Assembly (NCBI RefSeq): GCF_032062105.1
Contig: NW_026920897.1
Location: 179 to 64,000 of the forward strand
Length of the DNA stretch: 63,822 nucleotides
Direction of reading: 5' to 3'
From: Saccostrea cucullata
Lineage: Eukaryota
Each line of letters begins with the position of its first letter. Positions within the stretch are counted from its first letter, which is position 1. The translations under genes were made by a program, and so were the position numbers. The notes beneath the pieces are model-generated. The model made no database searches. It had not been told where the DNA came from and saw only the letters and a program-made list of their open reading frames with translations. This document shows positions 37,810 through 49,222 of this stretch, piece after piece.

Positions 37810-40800
37810 GTGAGAAATGTTTTTCCGTATAATTTGATTTATTAACAAATTGTTCATGTTTATCGTGATGATGCGGAATTATTATAAAATCCCGAATTCT
37901 GATATTTAACAATTCTGTTGTTTTGGGTATGAACATAAAGAAGATTTAAATACATTCAACTCCAATGGATCAAAAGTACTGGCGAAAGTACAAAAAAGCT
38001 TTTTTACGCATATAGGTCAATGTCAAGGTCACATGGTCATGACCTTGGTTTCATTTGAAAAAAAAATTATTAGTATAACAGGGATCTCCCATTTGAAAAT
38101 TCAACCATGGAGGAGCTGACAGAAAGACTTCCTAATCTTCATTCATCAATGATTGGTTTTACAATTTTCAACCTTGACTACAGCAACACAAAACAATGAA
38201 ATAACTAACACTTTTTAAAATACTGAAAAAAAATAATAATTAAAATTGAAAAGGATATATCCTGTATCTTACTTCATAAATATATTAAAATTTGCACAAA
38301 ACTGTAGTGACCTTCTGAAAGAATTTGAAGAAAAATTGTTACTACAGTAACCATGGCAATATATTATCCAGAAAGGATGAGGTGACTTGCAGCCCCTAGT
38401 AAATTGACAAAAATTTACTGTCTAAATTCTACTCAAATTGTTGTATGTAACTAATTACTGATATGTGTACCTTTATAGAATACTATATTTAACTAAAATA
38501 GAAACTTGATTTAAAAGATATACTATTAGATCTTTTATTGGCGTAGGGGTATCATGTTTTCATCCAATTCCTATTGCATTTTAACCCCGCCCAACTCTTT
38601 GAAGCCCTTAAAATATACGAGCGCAGGTAGGTACAATTTTCTCCTTTGGTTGGTCACTGTATTTTATTTAAATCTACCTTTATGTGAAAGGAGAAAATTG
38701 TACCTAACTGTGCTGACACGCTATATTTTAAAAAAAAATGTAAAATCTAGCTGGCTTTTACCATTATGAACAGATCGACGGAACAAGATTTTCTGACGTA
38801 AGAATGAATTCATATGATAATCGATGCACTGGCGATACTTTCAAACTGACCAATCAGCTAAATGAAATTCGTTACGAGTGAGTACCACAAAAATACTATG
38901 GAACCATGCTTGGAATTTTACTGCTTCCGATATTTTTCTATGCATTTAAGTCACAGATTAGACACGGATCTACATATGTACACTTCCGAGATCACATAAA
39001 AATTTATATTCCCTTACAAACAATTGATAAAAATACATTGGTAACGTTTTGTAGCGTGTTTAATTTGGAAATGAATATTAGTCTGGTCCTGATTTTTAAA
39101 AAGAAGGCTAGAAATAACTTCTAACGGCAAATAATTATTATTTGGTCCAGCATAGTTTTTAACCTATTTCGAGTATGCTGAATCCGAAAAATATGCTAGC
39201 CTTCATGAAAATGGCGTTAAAGATTTCAAAATGGCGATTCAAAATGGCGGACATCATTTTTTTTTTTCATTTTCTCTTAATGTCGTTCAAAATGGAGAAA
39301 CAATGAGTGAATATCTAACTGAGAGTAATAAAACTATAAAAAGGATAAAAGAATGCTAACATTATTAGTTTAACTCCGAAAATTTAGTCGTTTTCGAATT
39401 TTCTGTGATTTATTTGTCTATTGTTTCTTTATTCTTTTTTGTTCAGGATTTTACATTTGCATATATCCATACACTGCAGATTTGTATTTTTTCCTCTACA
39501 TCTCCCTATTCTACAATAGAATGATGGTGCAGCTGTAAGTGAGAAATGTTTTTCTGTATAATTTGATTTATTAACAAATTGTTCATGTTTATCGTGATGA
39601 TGCGGAATTATTATAAAATCCCGAATTCTGATATTTAACAATTCTGTTGTTTTGGGTATGAACACAAAGAAGATTTAAATACATTCAACTCCAATGGTTC
39701 AAAAGTAATGGCGAAAGTACAAAAAAGCTTTTTTAAATCAGTAAAGGTCAATGTCAAGGTCACATGGTCATTGACCTTGCTTTCATTTGAAAAAAAATTA
39801 TTAGTATAACAGGGATCTCCCATTTGAAAATTCAACCATGGAGGAGCTGACAGAAAGACTTCCTAATCTTCATTCATCAATGATTGGTTTTACAATTTTC
39901 AACCTTGACTACAGCAACACAAAACAATGAAATAACTAACACTTTTTAAAATACTGAAAAAAAAATAAAAAAAATAATTAAAATTGAAAAGGATATATCC
40001 TGTATCTTACTTCATAAATATATTAAAATTTGCACAAAACTGTAGTGACCTTCTGAAAGAATTTAAAGAAAAAATGTTGCTACAGTAACCATGGCAATAT
40101 ATTATTCAGGAAGGATGAGGTGACTTGCAGCCCCTAATAAATTGACAAAAATTTACTGTCTAAATTCTACTCAAATTGTTGTATGTAACTAATCACTGAT
40201 ATGTGTACCTTTATAGAATACTATATTTAACTAAATTAGAAACTTGATTTAAAAGATATACTATTAGATCTTTTATTGGCGTAGGGGTATCATGTTTTCA
40301 TCCAATTCCTATTGCATTTTAACCCCGCCCAACTCTTTGAAGCCCTTAAAATATACGAGCGCAGGTAGGTACAATTTTCTCCTTTGGTTGGTCACTGTAT
40401 TTTATTTAAATCTACCTTTATGTGAAAGGAGAAAATTGTACCTAACTGTGCTGACACGCTATATTTTAAAAAAAAATGTAAAATCTAGCTGGCTTTTACC
40501 ATTATGAACAGATCGACGGAACAAGATTTTCTGACGTAAGAATGAATTCATATGATAATCGATGCACTGGCGATACTTTCAAACTGACCAATCAGCTAAA
40601 TGAAATTCGTTACGAGTGAGTACCACAAAAATACTATGGAACCATGCTTGGAATTTTACTGCTTCCGATATTTTTCTATGCATTTAAGTCACAGATTAGA
40701 CACGGATCTACATATGTACACTTCCGAGATCACATAAAAATTTATATTCCCTTACAAACAATTGATAAAAATACATTGGTAACGTTTTGTAGCGTGTTTA

Positions 40801-43044
40801 ATTTGGAAATGAATATTAGTCTGGTCCTGATTTTTAAAAAGAAGGCTAGAAATAACTTCTAACGGCAAATAATTATTATTTGGTCCAGCATAGTTTTTAA
40901 CCTATTTCGAGTATGCTGAATCCGAAAAATATGCTAGCCTTCATGAAAATGGCGTTAAAGATTTCAAAATGGCGATTCAAAATGGCGGACATCATTTTTT
41001 TTTTCATTTTCTCTTAATGTCGTTCAAAATGGAGAAACAATGAGTGAATATCTAACTAAGTATATTAAAACTATAAAAAAAAAATACAGAAGAATGCTAA
41101 CATTATTAGTTTAACTCCGAAAATTTAGTCGTTTTCGAATTTTCTGTGATTTATTTGTCTATTGTTTCTTTATTCTTTTTTGTTCAGGATTTTACATTTG
41201 CATATATCCATACACTGCAGATTTGTATTTTTTCCTCTACATCTCCCTATTCTACAATAGAATGATGGTGCAGCTGTAAGTGAGAAATGTTTTTCTGTAT
41301 AATTTGATTTATTAACAAATTGTTCATGTTTATCGTGATGATGCGGAATTATTATAAAATCCCGAATTCTGATATTTAACAATTCTGTTGTTTTGGGTAT
41401 GAACACAAAGAAGATTTAAATACATTCAACTCCAATGGTTCAAAAGTAATGGCGAAAGTACAAAAAAGCTTTTTTAAATCAGTAAAGGTCAATGTCAAGG
41501 TCACATGGTCATTGACCTTGCTTTCATTTGAAAAAAAATTATTAGTATAACAGGGATCTCCCATTTGAAAATTCAACCATGGAGGAGCTGACAGAAAGAC
41601 TTCCTAATCTTCATTCATCAATGATTGGTTTTACAATTTTCAACCTTGACTACAGCAACACAAAACAATGAAATAACTAACACTTTTTAAAATACTGAAA
41701 AAAAAATAAAAAAAATAATTAAAATTGAAAAGGATATATCCTGTATCTTACTTCATAAATATATTAAAATTTGCACAAAACTGTAGTGACCTTCTGAAAG
41801 AATTTAAAGAAAAAATGTTGCTACAGTAACCATGGCAATATATTATTCAGGAAGGATGAGGTGACTTGCAGCCCCTAATAAATTGACAAAAATTTACTGT
41901 CTAAATTCTACTCAAATTGTTGTATGTAACTAATCACTGATATGTGTACCTTTATAGAATACTATATTTAACTAAATTAGAAACTTGATTTAAAAGATAT
42001 ACTATTAGATCTTTTATTGGCGTAGGGGTATCATGTTTTCATCCAATTCCTATAATTATTGCATTTTAACCCCGCCCAACTCTTTGAAGCCCTTAAAATA
42101 TACGAGCGCAGGTAGGTACAATTTTCTCCTTTGGTTGGTCACTGTATTTTATTTAAATCTACCTTTATGTGAAAGGAGAAAATTGTACCTAACTGTGCTG
42201 ACACGCTATATTTTAAAAAAAAAATGTAAAATCTAGCTGGCCTTTACCATTCTGAACAGATCGACGGAACAAGATTTTCTGACGTAAGAATGAATTCATA
42301 TGCTAATCGATGCACTGGCGATACTTTCAAACTGACCAATCAGCTAAATGAAATTCGTTACGAGTGAGTACCACAAAAATACTATGGAACCATGCTTGGA
42401 ATTTTACTGCTTCCGATATTTTTCTATGCATTTAAGTCACAGATTAGACACGGATCTACATATGTACACTTCCGAGATCACATAAAAATTTATATTCCCT
42501 TACAAACAATTGATAAAAATACATTGGTAAAGTTTTGTAGCGTGTTTAATTTGGAAATCAATATTAATCTGGTCCTGATTTTTAAAAAGAAGGCTAGAAA
42601 TAACTTCTAACGGCAAATAATTATTATTTGGTCCAGCATAGTTTTTAACCTATTTCGAGTATGCTGAATCCGAAAAATATGCTAGCCTTCATGAAAATGG
42701 CGTTAAAGATGTCAAAATGGCGATTCAAAATGGCGGACATCAATTTTTTTTTTCAATTTCTCTTAATGTCGTTCAAAATGGAGTAACAATGAGTGAATAT
42801 CTAACTTAGTATATTAAAACTATAAAAAAAAAAAAATACAGAAGAATGCTAACATTATTAGTTTAACTCCGAAAATTTAGTCGTTTCCACACTTAATTCG
42901 AATTTTCTGTGATTTATTTGTCTATTGTTTCTTTATTCTTTTTTGTTCAGGATTTTACATTTGCAAATATTCATACACTGCAGATTTGTATTTTTTCCTC
43001 TACATCTCCCTATTCTACAATAGAATGATGGTGCAGCTGTAAGT
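37810..43044. repeat. Tandem triplication of a ~1.74 kb unit
   Basis: Near-identical units start at 37810, 39539 and 41280. The same short ORFs recur in the ORF track. Confidence 0.97.
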
Positions 43045-43186
43045 CAAAAGTCAAAATGGCGGATATTCCCTTTTTTTCAAATTATTTCTTAAAGTCGTTT
43101 ATATAGGAGAAAGGATTTGTGAATATCTTATTGAGCGAATTACAACTCTGTTAAATTCGAAAAGAACAGTAATATGATCGCTTTAA

Positions 43187-43554
43187 AGGACTCCGACCCT
43201 CAGCCAGGATGGACAACTCTTTAATGTATAATTTAATTCAACAAGTCTTTAAATGAAGCTTGAAAATTAAATATTTTTATGCAACAATTTTCATTACATG
43301 CCTCTTAATGTGCTTCACTTCTAATTTTTATATCATGTTAATAAACATTGGTATCATAAAATGCTTTTTCGGGATAAAAATTTCTACTTTAAATCAGACC
43401 TTTCTGAGAAGTTCAAAGAACTTTGAAGCACAGTGAGAGGCATATAATAAAAATTGTTGCATGAAAAGATTTAATTTTCAAGCTTCGTTTAAAGACTTTT
43501 TGAATTAAATTATAAATTAAAGAGTTGTCCTTCCTAGCTGAGGATCGGAGTCCC
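43187..43554. mobile_element. Fold-back MITE, Kolobok-like
   Basis: ~130-bp TIRs starting AGGACTCCGA.CCTCAGC. Inserted at TTAA (right copy TGAA). The empty site TTTAAATCGG is present in the partner TIR near 51060. Confidence 0.8.
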
Positions 43555-44213
43555 TGAAATCGGAGAATTTAGTCGTTTAAATTTATAATGTGTTATTTAG
43601 CTCAAAATGGCTATTCAAATGACGATCTATACACTCAATTTTGTAAAATACTCAGACTGCTTAATTATGATTCGTTTTGCAGAAACCAAATTACAAGTTT
43701 TTCTTTATTCATGAAATAATGTTAAAAAATTCAACTGCATTCTCAAATATTCTATGTTGTGAACGATCCTCCTCCATCAATTTTGTATTGAACAGTGTAT
43801 ATGAATATAAAAAATTTGAAATTTGCAAAATCTGAAAGAAGAATTGTTTCGATTCTTTATACAACCTTACACTATCCTAACAAAGAAGTGTGGATCAAGT
43901 TGCCTTGTAAATTACGTTCTTGGAGTGTTCAAGAAAATTTTGTTGTCAAAAGAAGTGTTGACTAGATCGAAGTCAAGAATGGCTTAGGCCTATTGGTACG
44001 AAAGCTTGTAAGTGATAGGAATCAAGAGGAATCTGCAGGCGCACTTAAATTGCATAATTATACAACTTTTTTCACCAAAATATGCACACAATGTGATTCC
44101 AGATGATTAAGTTTGAGAATTTTCTTGCTAATAGAATGACTTTTCTACCCTAAAAGACAACAAATCTATACGCGGTCACTAAATTAAGAGCTACATGTCT
44201 TGAATATCAGAGA

Positions 44214-44521
44214 TTTTTTTATACCCCCCCACCCCGCTTGAAAAGCGGGAGGGTATAAGAAAAATCGGTATGTCCGTCCGTCTTTTACGCTTTGGGGTAA
44301 CCATCTCTTATCCGCAACTCCTCTCTTACCACGGAATGAAATTTGATAAACTTTAACAGAATCTTTATTACTTATTGCCATTGTGCACCTCCTATTTTAC
44401 TTTTTGATCCAACACATATTTGTGGTTTTATATAGCAAAACATGGACACCGTCATTATTTGATTCATATGGGAGACAGGGGGTATCATATAGTTAGTTAA
44501 TTGCTCGCAGTACCTCTGCTT
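44214..44521 (+). mobile_element. HINE/DINE-1-like element
   Basis: TTTTATACCCC...GGGTATA 5' hairpin, GTCCGTCCGTC tract, subterminal GGGGGTAT IR. Confidence 0.65.
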
Positions 44522-44583
44522 CATTTTGCAGAAGGTTAGACTTTTAACATTTGAACATAAATTTGTTGTTCCTTGAGTGTTGA

Positions 44584-44773
44584 TTGATTGATTGTATATT
44601 GTTTAACGCCGAGTCGACAATTTTTCAGCCACGTTTCGGCAGACTATCAGTTTAAATAACCGGTTTTTGAAGGATTTTAGTTTCTCTGGCGGCCCCCAGT
44701 GAGCCTACTCTTTTTCGAACTCCAGAGAAACGTGCCAAGTGGGTTGTCATCCTTGACACAAAGCACCATTTTA
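44584..44773 (-). mobile_element. 5'-truncated SINE
   Basis: TSD CTTGAGTGTTGA at 44572-83 and 44774-85. (ATCA)n tail. Same family as 6533 and 53117. Confidence 0.85.
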
Positions 44774-45086
44774 CTTGAGTGTTGAGAATACCAAAATTCC
44801 GAAGACAGACTGAAACATACAGCAAATAAAGCTGGAATAGAAGATGTTAGGAGATAATACCAAGTTCATATAAGTGCTGAAAAGCTTGAGCAAAGTATTC
44901 GATGACATCGGACCAGAATTTCTTCAGTTATATTTGATGGTGTGCTGAGGGATGTTGAAGTATAAGTGCAAGTTGATAATGACAGGATTCAGGAGTGGTT
45001 TTAAGTTGACGAGGGCTCGAAGGCTTTGGAACACGGTCAAATACGAGGGGGGAAATGTGGAAACTCTTGAGTCGAGTTTGTTTTTA

Positions 45087-46830
45087 TAGCCATTCTCTGT
45101 AACCACTTAAACTTTGTTGCCACGCATGGTCACCGATTTTGATGAAACTTCACCCATGCTTACTACTTGACACCAGAAACAAATATCAAACAAAATTTTG
45201 TTGCTATGCGTTTCGGTTGCTATGGCAACAGCCGGAAAAGTTTGAAAAATTGAGATTATCAGCTTCTTTAAATTTTTACTGAGCCTTAATAAAAACAAAC
45301 AAGCAAACAAACCATTCTCACAAGAACATGATACCTTGTTGTCACTTATACTGTAAAGGAACTGTTTGGAATATATCTCAAAGTAAGTGGTAACCAAGGG
45401 TACATTTGGAATACATTTAAAATGATGAAATATGCTGAAAAACACTCCGTATTCACTGATGGAATGATGTTACATGCTCAAACTCAATCAACGACTTAAG
45501 AAAAACAATGAAAATGTTTGACCTTAAGTATATAAGTATAAGCAATATTAATCTATAAATAACCTTTATGGTCGCCATGGTAACACAGTGTAGCAATGCA
45601 AAACCAGTAACTAAGATTGGGTTAATGCTACTGTCTTGAGGAAAAACATGAAAATTCAAGACTGGCAAATGTGCATCCTTAGGACCTTGCAACACCAAAA
45701 CCATAAGAAAAATTGGGTAAAATTGCTACTTTGCAGTGTTACTATAGAAACAAAGTACCAGTGCTTGAAAGTGAATTATTTTTCGCTGCATTAAGAATTA
45801 AATTGCCATATAATCAAGAAACAAATTAAAGGACTCAGCTTGAATGGTACTTATCTGTTAGAACTGAAGTTGAATATCATATATTGATACAATTTTATGA
45901 AGAAAACAACACTGTGGCTATGGTTACCGAGAAGGGAAAATGTTCGATTTTGTGAACTTTATATCAATATTAAACCCTGTCTGCCAACTTCTTGCATCCA
46001 CTTAGAGATTGGATGATAGTCAAAATTAAAAGTCAGGTTAGTTTTTAATAAATATCAATCATGAAAGTTTTGGGAATCTACACTTAAGGGTACGTATCCA
46101 AGGAAAGAATTTATTTTTTTAGGTTTTTAAGCATATATTTTCTGCTTATTCCCATAGCAACGCTCTTTTTAAAGAATCTAATCTGAATTTTTTTTCAAAT
46201 GGGAAAACTACGAGCACACCAACATCTTAAAAAATTAATCATTTGTTATGAGGAAATGTGCTTTTTTAAAAGATAGGATCAAATTTAAACATACAGATTG
46301 TTACTTTGAAGGCTTTCTGTGGTATTAAAACCTTGGCAACCATTGCCAACCAAAATGAAATAATATCATATTTTGTTCTTGGTATATGTTTCAAGCCTCC
46401 CTTTTTATCATTTGGTCACATTTCATCCTATAATTGCTTGTTATTTTTACGTGTATGACTTTATAAAATTCAATGAATATTTTTTTTTACTTTTGAATAA
46501 TTTGTTACCATAGTAACGTAATTAATAGTTGATTTACCAAACATGTTTATGATGCATTTGAGACATCTGACCTTCAACTTTTGGAAACATGCATTGCCAA
46601 TTGTTTGCTTTGCCGCAGTTGTTATCTATGGGGCTCTAAACATGTTAATAAATGCCGTTTTCGAACTTTAAGGCATGTTGACATGGTAACTTTAAAACAT
46701 AGCAACCAATTTTTGCCTGATTTCAGTTCAGGGTATCAATGCCTTTTATCATCGAGAGTTTGGAGAAATTCTGAGACTATGCGTGCCACAGCTCCTATAT
46801 AAGATTTCAAATCATTAAAGAGAATGGCTC
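45087..46830. mobile_element. Sola3-like non-autonomous DNA transposon
   Basis: Ends (T/G)AGCCATTCTCT and AGAGAATGGCTC followed by TTAA (left flank TTTA). Repeated GTTNCCATGGNAAC-like palindromes inside. Confidence 0.55.
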
Positions 46831-48689
46831 TTAACTATTTCCAGAAAAAAATGAATCTTTTCTTGTATTTTTTGTCTGTTCACATTTAATAGACTAATCA
46901 TTATACTATATATATATATAAAAAAAACAAACTGTAATTTATTTTCTGCAAAACGACTCAAAATAAAGCAGTTTGAGTATTTTACGAAATTCGAGTGAAT
47001 ATGACGTCATTTTGAATCGCCATTGAAAAACTGCAATGTAATTACACATTTTAAATTTAAACAACTAAAGAGCAAAGCCCACGAAGGGTCAAAATATGCC
47101 CTGTAAAATTATCAATATGAAACGGAAGTTCTGGCCAAAAATTTTTTGCTTAAAAGGTAGTCTAGGTATTGTAGTTTTTCAAAGTGGAAAAATTTTGGAG
47201 TTCCATAATTGTATACCTGAGATCTACAGCCCCAAAATCATAGAAAATCAGGAATTCGCTTGATTTATCACGTTTTTGGGATGAAATGGTCCAAAAGTAT
47301 ATAGAGCACAGGCTTGCCCCAAATTTATTAAGGGTTCAGTTTAAAACTAACATTGAGAGGTTTCAATTTTCGGAGAAAAAAAAATTGTGGGGCAGAAGTG
47401 AGCTCATACCTTTAAAAGAACACTTCCGAAAAATCCGAATTTCCTCAGTTTCAACTCTTTTGCCCATTGTAAGTTATATGGTTATAGAATTTGTTAGAAA
47501 ATTTCACATTTTGCATAAAAAAATATCATACTGCAATTTTTTTAGTTGTTCATTAACACTTAAGTAGATGTACAGGTCCACTATTTAAGTAATTATTTTT
47601 TTTTTTGGGGGGGGGGGGGGTAACTGTAATTATATTAGTTGATCCCACACTAGAGTAGAACGAACTACCATTAAGAAGATTGATCTTCAGCAGATGAGAA
47701 GTCAAAGTAAAGTTTTCACTAAATACATGTACCAGAATCGACATAAAACGTTTTATAAAATAAATAAAGACACGTTCATTTTCTTTTCTTTTTAAAAATT
47801 AATACTTGTTGTTTTGTAGTAAATTCTTCAAGGAACGGAAATCCTCTTTTCCCAGTCATTATTAAAGCTATGAAAGTCCATGGAAGAAATATTGGGGGGG
47901 GGGGGGGGTTAGGGTTGGGTTGCAGCCACGAACCCACAAAAAATTCCTAGACTAGCAGGAGTGAAAAAAACGTAAAGGTACAATATTGTTCAGGGGATAA
48001 AGCCCCAATTATTCATTATTTATCTTTTATATTTATCTTTTAGTGTATATTTCAATAAGTAAAGCATGAAAACCCTTATTTATCGAATAAACTGCTCTTC
48101 AAATCCGTGTTTTACTCTTAATTAAAATTAATATTAGTCATATTCAAAGCCCCCTTCCTCCTCTCTGACGGTACAACAGGGCGGACGTAAATGATTACAA
48201 AACCGTTGGGGGGGGGGTTGGTTGGGGGGGGGTTAAAGTGCTCCCTACCTCAGTACTGATTAATTGTTTACTCTAGAGTTAAAAAACTTACAAAAATAAT
48301 ATTGAAGTTTCTTTAAGATTTTTCACTCACTCTGATTCCCGTGAGATAATGGATTTAATTTTTTACTCTACAGTTTTGGTATTATAATGGGGGGGGGGGG
48401 GGTATTTGTTTATTAGAGAGAGGAATATATACGTATCTAGCTGTCATATGAGACATAAAATGCAGTTACTTGGTATATAGACCTAAAGCTTTTGCATTAG
48501 GTCTAATGCTTTGTACTGCACTACTTCTAGACTTTGATGAAATACATGTACATACCGGTATCTTGCTTTCTGTACACTTTTTACCAAATTCAAGGTTTAA
48601 TATAAAATGGGGGGGGGCACAATTAGTGAATGTTTTATGGCTTTATAATAGAGGTGTCCAAGGCTAGGACAATCTCCGCTTTGAGACAA

Positions 48690-48985
48690 TTTTAGCTCAC
48701 CTGAGCCTAAAGCTAAAGTGAGCTTTTCTGATCACATTTTGTCCGTCTAGCTTTCCGTCTGTGCGTCCGTCTGTAAACTTTTCACATTTTCGACTTCTTC
48801 TCAAGAACTAATGGACCAAATTTAACCAAACTTGATACAAAACATCCTTGGGTGAGGGGAAGGTAAAAATTGTAAAAATAAAGGGCCAATTTCCCTTCCG
48901 AGGGAAGATAATTAAGAAAATACAAAAATAGGGTGGAGTCATTAAAAACTCTTCATTAAAAAGTAAACTCGCCATTAAAAAAAGG
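48690..48985 (+). mobile_element. HINE (Helentron-derived) 5' fragment
   Basis: TTTTAGCTCACCTGAGC...GTGAGCT hairpin, then a GTCC-type microsatellite and the start of a satellite-like unit. Resembles a common oyster repeat (from memory). Confidence 0.8.
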
Positions 48986-49065
48986 TAAGGCATAATACGG
49001 AACACCTTAACCAGGGTTAACGAGGGTTTCTTGTCATCAATGTATGTCAGTATGCTTTAGATGAA

Positions 49066-49222
49066 GAAGGATATGGAGATAGCGAACAGCTTTTAATCTC
49101 AAAGTCCATTAAACAATATACAAAATCAGAGTAGAGCAAACACAGACCTCCGAAACATCAGAGGTGGGATCAGGTGCCATGGAGGAGTGAGCATCCCCTG
49201 CCGACCGGTCACACCCGCCGTG
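49066..49222 (-). mobile_element. Penelope-like element 3' end
   Basis: Near-identical reverse complement of 34230-34390. Confidence 0.85.

Noticed and set aside
37697-37936. Hydrophobic stretch ASLLVFTFILCI as the signal-peptide exon
   Set aside because: There is no suitably placed in-frame ATG, and linkage cannot be supported without transcripts.
38554-42610. Recurrent 70-80 aa ORFs as a tandem gene family
   Set aside because: They recur only because of the DNA triplication; low complexity, no domains, and one copy is frameshifted.
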